NCBI GenBank assembly: GCA_048203815.1
Contig: DBFBKG010000145.1
Span: 2,220-66,219 of the forward strand
DNA: 64,000 bases
Direction: 5' to 3'
From: Collinsella sp.
GTDB lineage: Bacteria > Actinomycetota > Coriobacteriia > Coriobacteriales > Coriobacteriaceae
The notes under the pieces were generated by a model. That model was not told the origin of the DNA. It worked only from the letters and a program-made list of their open reading frames with translations, and did no database searches. The translations under genes and the position numbers were made by a program. Every line of letters begins with the position of its first letter. The stretch's first letter is position 1. This document shows positions 57,021 through 64,000 of this stretch, piece after piece.

Positions 57021-58064
57021 TTAGAGCTCGACGGTCACCGAAGCGGGATCCTCCCCCACCAGCTCGGCCAGCATGGGAAGTGCCACGGCGAGCGTCTCGC
57101 GAATCGTTCCGTTGTTGGAAAAGCCGGCGGCGGCATGATGCCCGCCACCGCCAAAGTTGGCAGCGATCTCGGACACATCGAGGTCACCCTTGGAGCGCAG
57201 GTTGCCGCGCACCTTGGTATCGCCCTCGATGCCCTTTAGGAACAGGCAGACCTCAACGCCCATCACTGAACGCACCACATCGACCAGACCGTCGCACTCA
57301 TCCGAAGTGACGCCGCAGGCCTCGAGGTCGCTCTGGTACGCATAACTATATGCCACGCGACCGTGCGCCACGGTCTTGATACGACCCATAACGATGGACT
57401 TGAGATGCAAGAACTCTACGCGCATGCTCTGGTAGACCTCGAGCGCGACGCGCGCCGGATCGGCACCGTGCGCGACCAGGCGCGAGGCGGCATGGAACGC
57501 AGCAGCATCGGCGTTTTGGTACTGAAAACGACCGGTATCGGTCACCAGGCCGCACAGCAGGCAGGTCGCGACACCGTTGCGAGCCACAATGCCGCAATTG
57601 TCCAAAAAGCGGTCGATGATCATGGCGCAGGCCGCGGCGCCGACGCACCTCAGGCTCAGCTCGGCAAATTCCTCGCGCGCCGGATGGTGATCGAAGCACA
57701 CCACATGCGACGAGCGGCGGAGCACCTCGGCGGAGTTGTTCAGACGCTCGACGACCGGCACGTCCACCGAGATGAACAGATCCGGATTGCCGGTATACGC
57801 AGATGCCGGCACCAGACGGTCGGCGCCCTCCATAAAGCGGTAGATGCGCGGAACCGGGTCATCGTCTGCCAGCAGCAGGGCAATGTCCTTGTTGGGGAAA
57901 AACTTAATAAGCGATAAGCCCAGACCCAGCACGGAGCCCAGGGCGTCACCATCGGGAGACGTATGTCCCGAAATCGCAATGGAGGACGCACCCTCGATGA
58001 GCTCGAGGATGCGTCGCTGAATATCTGCAGACTCGCACGATGCGAGGTCGGCGGAATTACTCAT
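57021..58064 (-). CDS. DHH/DHHA1 phosphoesterase (NrnA-like)
   Basis: HTSPDGDALGS, DHH, TDTGRF, GGGGHHAAAG. Confidence 0.93.
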   Translation of the reverse strand: MSNSADLASCESADIQRRILELIEGASSIAISGHTSPDGDALGSVLGLGLSLIKFFPNKDIALLLADDDPVPRIYRFMEGADRLVPASAYTGNPDLFISVDVPVVERLNNSAEVLRRSSHVVCFDHHPAREEFAELSLRCVGAAACAMIIDRFLDNCGIVARNGVATCLLCGLVTDTGRFQYQNADAAAFHAASRLVAHGADPARVALEVYQSMRVEFLHLKSIVMGRIKTVAHGRVAYSYAYQSDLEACGVTSDECDGLVDVVRSVMGVEVCLFLKGIEGDTKVRGNLRSKGDLDVSEIAANFGGGGHHAAAGFSNNGTIRETLAVALPMLAELVGEDPASVTVEL

Positions 58065-58467
58065 CTAAAGCTGCCTCCTGGGCGGCATCCGCTATGGGAT
58101 AGCCGTCCTCGTCCTTTTCGATCGCAAGCGTGGCGGGAACGTTTTCCAGCGCGCGCGTGATGCGCTCGGCCTCATCGGTCGAGCGATCGATGCGAAAATC
58201 GAGCTCGGGCGTGACGCGCCAATCGAGCGAGCGGGCCAACAGGCTACGAATGCGGCCCTTGGCGCTGGCGAGCGCCTCCATGACCTCCTCGTAGCGGCTC
58301 GCGTCGCACGACACGTACACGCGCGCGAACGAACGGTCCACCGCGACCTCGACCGCGGTCAAGGTGACCAGGTCGAGACGCGGATCGGAAACCTCAAAGA
58401 GCAGGATATAACCGAGCTTCTCGCGAAGCTGCTCGCCCAGACGGCGGGTTGCCTGCGTTTGCTTCAT
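58057..58467 (-). CDS. rbfA: Ribosome-binding factor A
   Basis: DPRL..VTLTAVEV..D...ARVY, RVTPELDF..D. Confidence 0.95.
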   Translation of the reverse strand: MKQTQATRRLGEQLREKLGYILLFEVSDPRLDLVTLTAVEVAVDRSFARVYVSCDASRYEEVMEALASAKGRIRSLLARSLDWRVTPELDFRIDRSTDEAERITRALENVPATLAIEKDEDGYPIADAAQEAALDE

Positions 58468-58478
58468 AGCGCTACCCC

Positions 58479-61193
58479 CTACTCGGTACGGGCAACCTGG
58501 TCGATGCGGTAGCCCTCAATGGTGTCGCCAGGCTTGATGTCCTGGAAGTTCTCCAGGCCAATACCGCCCTCGGAGCCGCTCTTGAGGCTCTTGGCCTCGT
58601 CCTTGTAGTGGCGCATCGAGGCGATTTTACCGTTGAAGACCACGATGCCGTCGCGCACCAGGCGCACAGAATCGGTCGCGGCGATCTCGCCCTCTTCGAC
58701 GCGGACACCGGCGGCGATACCAACCTTGGGCACCTTGAAGGTGTCCAGAACGGTCGCAGTACCCGTGGAGACCTCGACCTCGGTGGGCTTGAGCATACCG
58801 ATGCGGGCAGCGTCGAGGTCCTCGAGGCACTTGTAGATGACGTCGTAGCAACGGATCTCGACGCCCTCGCGCTCGGCAGCGGAGCGGGCCTTGCCGTCGG
58901 GGCGCACGCCAAAGCCAATGATGATGGCATTGGAGGCGTCTGCCAGGACGACGTCGGTCTCATTGATGGCACCGACCGCGGAGTGGATCGTGTTGATGCG
59001 CACCTCGGACTGGTCCATCTTGTCGAGCGAGTCCTGAAGGGCCTCGATAGAACCCTGAACGTCGGCCTTGATGATCAGGTTGAGCTCCTTGACCTCGGCG
59101 TCGGCGATGGTCTCGAAGAGGTTCTCGAGCGTCACGTGCTTCACGCGGCTCTGCTCCTCGATACGGGCCTTGAGCGAACGCTCGTCGGCCAGCGCACGCG
59201 CCTCGCGCTCGTCCTCGAACACGCGGAACTCATCGCCGGCGTTGGGGACGGACTGCAGGCCCAAGATCTCAACGGCGTCGGAGGGACCGGCCTCGGTGAC
59301 GGCGTTGCCCTTGGGGTCGAGCATGGCACGGACGCGGCCATAGGTGAGGCCGGCGACCAGCGTGTCGCCCACGCGCAGGGTACCGCGGGTCACGAGCACG
59401 GTGGCAACCGAGCCGCGGCCCTTGTCGAGCTTAGCCTCGAGGACGTTGCCCGATGCGAACGTATCGGGGTTGGCCTTGAGCTCGAGCACGTCGGCCTGGA
59501 GCAGCACGGTCTCGAGCAGGTCGTCGATACCGATCTTCTGCTTGGCCGAGATGTTGACGAACATGTTCTGTCCGCCCCACTCCTCGGGGATGATGCCGTA
59601 CTCGGTGAGCTCCTGGCGCACGCGGTCGGGGTTGGCACCCGGCTTATCGATCTTGTTGACGGCGACGACGATGGGTACGCCGGCGGCCTTGGCGTGGTTG
59701 ATCGACTCGATGGTCTGGGGCATGACGCCGTCGTCGGCAGCCACGATCAGAATGACGATGTCGGTCACCTTGGCGCCGCGGGCACGCATGGCCGTAAAGG
59801 TGGCGTGACCGGGGGTATCGATGAAGGTGATCTTGCGGTCGTTGATCATGACCTGCGAAGCGCCGATGGCCTGCGTAATGCCGCCCGCCTCGCCGGCAGC
59901 GACGCCGGTGTGACGGATGGCGTCGAGCAGCGAAGTCTTGCCGTGGTCGACGTGACCCATGACGGTGACGACCGGGGCACGCGGCTTAAGGTCGGCGGGA
60001 TCGTCGTAGAACGAGAAGGTGTTCTCCTCCTCGGGGGTAATGATCTTGATCTGACGACCCAGGTCGTCGGCAACGAGCTCGACGAGGTCGTCGGACATGG
60101 ACTGCGTCATGGTAAGCGGCGTGCCCAGCAGGAACAGGCGCTTGATGATGTCGTTGGCCGGAACGTCGAGCGCCTCGGCGAGCTCCTGGACGGTAACGCC
60201 CTGGGAGACCTTGATGGCGTCGAGGTCCTCGGGGTTCACGCCCTGGGCCAGCGCCTCCTCAATCTTGCGCTCTTCCTGAGCCTTTGCGGCCTCGCGCTCG
60301 CGCTTCTCCTTGCGCTTTTTGCGGCGACCAGTGGACTCGCGAGAGGCCTCCTCGACGGCGGCACGAGCCTCCTCGAGCACCTTCTCGCGGCTGTACTCCT
60401 CGGCCTCGCGAGCCATGCGGCTGTAGTGGTCCTCTTCGCTGTTGTGACCGCCCTTGCGCTTCTTGCCCTTGCCCTGCTTGTCGGGGTTGGGGAAGTCCAT
60501 GCCGGCAGCGACGTTGTTGCTGGCGTTGGTGCGATGGCTGTGGGGACGGCTCTCGGAGGCGTTGCGATCGGAGTTGTTGTCGGAGGCGTTGCGATCGTTA
60601 CGACGGCCACCGCGACGGTCGTTGGTGCCACCACGACGGTTGCCGCGCTCGGCAGCGCGCTCGGCCTTGGCCTTCTCCTCGGCGTCCTTCTTCTCCTTGA
60701 GCACGGTCTCCTGTGCGGCGATCTGGTCGAGCAGAGAGCGGAAACGCGAACCGGAGTCGGAAGCGGGAACGGCGCGGCGCTGGGCCTCACGGGCAGCCTC
60801 CTCCTTCTCGCGGGCAAGGCGCTCCTGCTCGGCCTTCTTCTTAGCCTCGGCCTCGGCGCGGGCGGCCTCCTCGGCAGCCTGGGCGGCGGCGAACTGGCGG
60901 CGCTCCTCCTCGCGTGCCTTCTCGGCGGCGATGCGCTCGCGCTCTGCCTCGGCAGCGCGTGCTGCCTCCTCGGCGGCAGCGGCCTGCTCCTCGGCCAGCT
61001 TGGCGGCCTCGACTTCCTGGGCGCGGGCCTCGATCACCGAGGCGAGCTGCTTGCGGACCATGGCGACGTATGCGTCCTCCAGAGCGGAGGAAGCGGACTT
61101 AGCGGGAATCTTCATTTCGGCGAGATGACCCATCAGTTCCTTGGAGGTCATGCCGAACTCTTTGGCCAGGGTGGACACACGGACTTTTGCCAT
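58479..61193 (-). CDS. infB: Translation initiation factor IF-2
   Basis: [29 protein letters not shown]. Confidence 0.98.
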   Translation of the reverse strand: MAKVRVSTLAKEFGMTSKELMGHLAEMKIPAKSASSALEDAYVAMVRKQLASVIEARAQEVEAAKLAEEQAAAAEEAARAAEAERERIAAEKAREEERRQFAAAQAAEEAARAEAEAKKKAEQERLAREKEEAAREAQRRAVPASDSGSRFRSLLDQIAAQETVLKEKKDAEEKAKAERAAERGNRRGGTNDRRGGRRNDRNASDNNSDRNASESRPHSHRTNASNNVAAGMDFPNPDKQGKGKKRKGGHNSEEDHYSRMAREAEEYSREKVLEEARAAVEEASRESTGRRKKRKEKREREAAKAQEERKIEEALAQGVNPEDLDAIKVSQGVTVQELAEALDVPANDIIKRLFLLGTPLTMTQSMSDDLVELVADDLGRQIKIITPEEENTFSFYDDPADLKPRAPVVTVMGHVDHGKTSLLDAIRHTGVAAGEAGGITQAIGASQVMINDRKITFIDTPGHATFTAMRARGAKVTDIVILIVAADDGVMPQTIESINHAKAAGVPIVVAVNKIDKPGANPDRVRQELTEYGIIPEEWGGQNMFVNISAKQKIGIDDLLETVLLQADVLELKANPDTFASGNVLEAKLDKGRGSVATVLVTRGTLRVGDTLVAGLTYGRVRAMLDPKGNAVTEAGPSDAVEILGLQSVPNAGDEFRVFEDEREARALADERSLKARIEEQSRVKHVTLENLFETIADAEVKELNLIIKADVQGSIEALQDSLDKMDQSEVRINTIHSAVGAINETDVVLADASNAIIIGFGVRPDGKARSAAEREGVEIRCYDVIYKCLEDLDAARIGMLKPTEVEVSTGTATVLDTFKVPKVGIAAGVRVEEGEIAATDSVRLVRDGIVVFNGKIASMRHYKDEAKSLKSGSEGGIGLENFQDIKPGDTIEGYRIDQVARTE

Positions 61194-61284
61194 ATGACTT
61201 CACCTACCCTTTCTGGCACCTTGGGTGCCTAGAGACTGAACGAGCGTGGGGTATGCGCTGGGACCCGCCCGGCGCGACCGCGCG

Positions 61285-62532
61285 CTAGATCAGGTCCTCC
61301 GCATCATCGAAGGCGTCGGTGTCGTGGACACCGCAGAAACGGGAGCCGGGACGGGCCTGGTTGCGGCACTGGATGCCGTCCTCGGACACGAACTCGCAGC
61401 GACGGACGTCCTCGTCCTCCTCGTCACCGATCAGGTCGGCGGCGGGCTCCTCGTGAACGGGAACATTCTTGAGGATGTCGGCGGCAAGGGTCTCGGACTT
61501 AATGTCGATGTGCCAGCCGGTCAGGCGCGCGGCGAGGCGGGCATTCTGGCCCTCCTTGCCGATGGCGAGGGACAGCTGGTCATCGGGCACGATGACGCCG
61601 GCGTAGGCCTTCTCCTCGTCGATAAGGACGCGGGTGACCTTGGCAGGCGACAGGGCGTTGGCGACGTAGACGGCCGGATCGGCATCCCACAGGATGACGT
61701 CGACGCGCTCGCCACGGAGCTCGCCCACGACGGCGCGAACACGGCTGCCCTTAGGGCCGACGCAGGCGCCCACGGGATCCAGGCGATCGTCGAGCGAGTG
61801 GACGGCGACCTTAGAGCGCTGACCGGGCTCGCGGGCGATCGACTTGATCTGGACGGTGCCCTCATAGATCTCGGGCACCTCCTGCTCAAACAGACGACGC
61901 ATGAGCTCGGGGTGGGTACGGGAGATGACAATCGGCGGACGGCTGTGCTCGCCACGGACCGGCTGCAGGTTGGAGTTGGGGTCGCGAACGTCGATGATTA
62001 CGGCCTTGATATGCTGGTTGTGCAGGTAGCGCTCGCCCATCGGACGCTCGTTGCGCTCGTTCTCGTAACGCCGCTGGTCGAAGTGCGGAAGCTCGGCCTC
62101 GACGCCCTCGCGAATCTTGACGATCGTGAAGTCGGGCGTGGACTGCAGCACGGTACCGCTGATGAGGTCACCGATGCGGCCGGAGAACTCCTCGTAGATC
62201 TGCTCGCGGGCGGAGTTGCGTACGATAGCGTTGATCTCGGCCTTTGCGTGCTGGGCGGCGATGCGGCTCGTGTTCTTGGGAGTGACGTCGATCTCCTCGA
62301 ACTCGGTGAAGTTGCCCTCCTCGTCCATGGAATCGTCGATCGGCTCCAGACGGTAGACGTAGATCTTGCCGGTGGTGCGGTCGATGGTCACCTTGGCGCC
62401 CCACTCAAGATGCAGGATCTCGGCATAGCTCTTGGCGAGCGACTGCTCCAGGCGGTCGATCAGGTAGAGCTGGTCGATGTGCTTCTCCTGGCAAAGCTCC
62501 ATCAGGGCGGACATCATGTCGGATGCTGCCAT
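61285..62532 (-). CDS. nusA: Transcription factor NusA with a C-terminal C3H motif
   Basis: [46 protein letters not shown]. Confidence 0.97.
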   Translation of the reverse strand: MAASDMMSALMELCQEKHIDQLYLIDRLEQSLAKSYAEILHLEWGAKVTIDRTTGKIYVYRLEPIDDSMDEEGNFTEFEEIDVTPKNTSRIAAQHAKAEINAIVRNSAREQIYEEFSGRIGDLISGTVLQSTPDFTIVKIREGVEAELPHFDQRRYENERNERPMGERYLHNQHIKAVIIDVRDPNSNLQPVRGEHSRPPIVISRTHPELMRRLFEQEVPEIYEGTVQIKSIAREPGQRSKVAVHSLDDRLDPVGACVGPKGSRVRAVVGELRGERVDVILWDADPAVYVANALSPAKVTRVLIDEEKAYAGVIVPDDQLSLAIGKEGQNARLAARLTGWHIDIKSETLAADILKNVPVHEEPAADLIGDEEDEDVRRCEFVSEDGIQCRNQARPGSRFCGVHDTDAFDDAEDLI

Positions 62533-62533
62533 C

Positions 62534-63028
62534 TTACTTTCCTTCCTTCACGGGCTTGAAGTCATAGGTGGGCTTCAACTTGCACTTTTTAACATCAGAG
62601 AAATCGAGGGTGACGGACTCGCCGTCCTCGAGCTCGAGGGTCACGTTCGTCTCGGTGGCGGCGGCAATCTTGCCGGCGTACTTGCGACAGCCCTCGGTGG
62701 CGGTGGAGGTGAGCTCGCAGTTCTCGCCCACAAAGCGGGCAAAGTCACTCGGGCGGCGCAGCGGGCGCGCCATACCCGGGCTCGACACCTCGAGCGTATA
62801 GCTCGAAGAGATGGGGTCGAGCTCCTCAATCACATTGCCGACCCATTTGGTGTTGGCCGTGACGTCATTGAGCGACAGGCTCTGACCCTCGGCACCCTCG
62901 ATACGCACACGCACGCAGGGGGCCTTGGTGGCACCCACGAGCTCAACGTCGACGATGTCGACATCGTGCTGGGGAGCAACGGCCTCGAGCGCGTCGATGA
63001 TCGCCTGCTCGGTCTTGGTCTTGACCAT
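62534..63028 (-). CDS. rimP: Ribosome maturation factor RimP
   Basis: DPI..SYTLEVSSPG..RPL; ATG 63028 after a GGAGG SD. Confidence 0.95.
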   Translation of the reverse strand: MVKTKTEQAIIDALEAVAPQHDVDIVDVELVGATKAPCVRVRIEGAEGQSLSLNDVTANTKWVGNVIEELDPISSSYTLEVSSPGMARPLRRPSDFARFVGENCELTSTATEGCRKYAGKIAAATETNVTLELEDGESVTLDFSDVKKCKLKPTYDFKPVKEGK

Positions 63029-63048
63029 TGCGGCACCTCCATCCATAC

Positions 63049-63081
63049 AAAAAAGAAGCGGGGCCGAAACCCCACTTCTTT
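63049..63081 (-). promoter_or_regulatory. rimP leader terminator-like hairpin (attenuator)
   Basis: AAAGAAGTGGGG-TTTCGG-CCCCGCTTCTTTTTT lies between the promoter and the rimP SD. Confidence 0.8.
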
Positions 63082-63106
63082 CAATTTCAACTTCATTTGC
63101 AAGCAA

Positions 63107-63135
63107 ACTATACCAATACCTGCGCAAACGTGCAA
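63107..63135 (-). promoter_or_regulatory. Housekeeping promoter of the rimP-nusA-infB operon
   Basis: TTGCAC-N17-TATAGT. Confidence 0.75.
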
Positions 63136-63220
63136 CCACAACACAAACCCGCAGGTCAGCGTGAGCACAGGTTCTCCACAAGAAATGGATAATTGGGTAT
63201 TGTCGCAAGTATCCATAACC

Positions 63221-63255
63221 AAAAAGAGGGGCGACTCCCTGCGAAATCGTCCCTC
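63221..63255 (-). terminator. leuS terminator
   Basis: GAGGGACGA/TCGCCCCTC stem followed by T5 on the minus strand. Confidence 0.65.
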
Positions 63256-63285
63256 GCTTTTACATGTCAGCTATGCGTGCAGCGC

Positions 63286-64000
63286 TTACTTGACCACCAG
63301 GTTAACCAGCTTGCCAGGCACGCAGATGGCCTTGACGACCGTCTTGCCCTCGAGCCACTTGGCGACAGCGACCTCCGCGGCAGCCTGTATCTCCTCGTTG
63401 GAGGCGTCGCGGGCGACGTCGATGCGGCCACGGACCTTGCCGAGAACCTGTACGACGATCTGCACCGTGTCCTCGATGGACTCGGCCAGGTCGAACTCGG
63501 GCCAGGCGGCAGTGTAGGCATTGCCCTCACAGCCGAGGGCCTCGTGCCACAGCTCGTCGGCCCAGAACGGGCAGATGGGGGCAAGGACGCTCACGATGTC
63601 CTTGGCCACGCCGTAGCACAGAGCCTTGTCGCGGTCAGCACCCTCGGTGGCGTTGAGATAGGCGCTCGCCGCGTTGACGAGCTCCATGACGGCCGAGATG
63701 GCGGTGTTGAACTGGCCGCGGTCGAAGTCCTCGGTGCACTTGGCGATGGTGCGGTGACGCTCGCGATAGAGCTTCATCGCGACCTCGTCGAGCGCGGACT
63801 TGTCAAAGGCCACGTTGGCGTCGCCGGACTGGACGAGCTGCCACACGATACGCCAGGCGCGCTTAATGAAGCGGTTAGCGCCCTCGACGGCCTTGGGATC
63901 CCAGTCGAAGTCCTTCTCGGGCGGGGCGATAAACAGGATTGCCAGACGCATGGTGTCGGCGCCGTAAGGCTCGATGACCGAGCTCGGGGGCACGACGTTG
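63286..64000 (-). CDS. leuS: Leucine--tRNA ligase, C-terminal part (5'-truncated by window edge)
   Basis: YGADTMRL..LF.APPE, FNTAIS..MELVN, VVQV.GKVR, VPGKLVNLV. Confidence 0.95.
   Translation of the reverse strand, partial: NVVPPSSVIEPYGADTMRLAILFIAPPEKDFDWDPKAVEGANRFIKRAWRIVWQLVQSGDANVAFDKSALDEVAMKLYRERHRTIAKCTEDFDRGQFNTAISAVMELVNAASAYLNATEGADRDKALCYGVAKDIVSVLAPICPFWADELWHEALGCEGNAYTAAWPEFDLAESIEDTVQIVVQVLGKVRGRIDVARDASNEEIQAAAEVAVAKWLEGKTVVKAICVPGKLVNLVVK

Noticed and set aside
60553..60597. 18-bp direct repeat in infB, plus Q/P-rich repeats in the mltG N-terminus and the dnaG linker
   Set aside because: Ordinary low-complexity variation in disordered linkers
1..64000. CRISPR array, prophage, IS transposase, defence island
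   Set aside because: No regularly spaced repeats and no cas, phage, transposase or restriction-modification motifs recognised

Overview
GC-rich (about 60%) core-chromosome segment, most likely from a Coriobacteriia gut bacterium (Collinsella-like; inferred from gene order and protein style). Nearly all genes lie on the minus strand. In transcription order the blocks are: partial leuS; rimP-nusA-infB-rbfA-DHH-truB-ribF-dnaG-rpoD; tRNA-Asn; asp23-DAK2-recG-rsmD-coaD-sepIVA-yceD-rpmF-plsX-acpP-rnc-smc-ftsY-ffh; a mixed block (DUF134-NifX fusion, thyA-folA-trmH, MATE, cobO, ftsH, DUF523, polyol dehydrogenase); T-box-ileS, lspA-rluA, GT2, A24 peptidase, dGTPase, rarA; a DUF948/anti-sigma/SigF-like/AI-2E operon; alaS-ruvX-mltG-yqeG-aroK-aroB-like; pepP; and efp-asp23-nusB-xseB-tlyA-nadK-recN. 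I found no CRISPR array, prophage, transposase or integrase. Most notable: (1) a stress-sigma module with a kinase-degenerate anti-sigma, no STAS partner and two matching candidate promoters; (2) a DUF134-NifX-His/Cys-tail protein with two operator-like palindromes and an internal in-frame SD/ATG; (3) an AroB homologue lacking its catalytic residues; (4) NusA with a C-terminal CX9CX10CX2H finger; (5) a transcriptional Ile T-box with a non-canonical UGGUUAA bulge; (6) dispersed REP-like hairpins and long nested palindromes; (7) an AT-rich orphan inserted antisense inside a 3' UTR; (8) a LexA box at rarA. All calls come from reading motifs by eye; no database searches were run.
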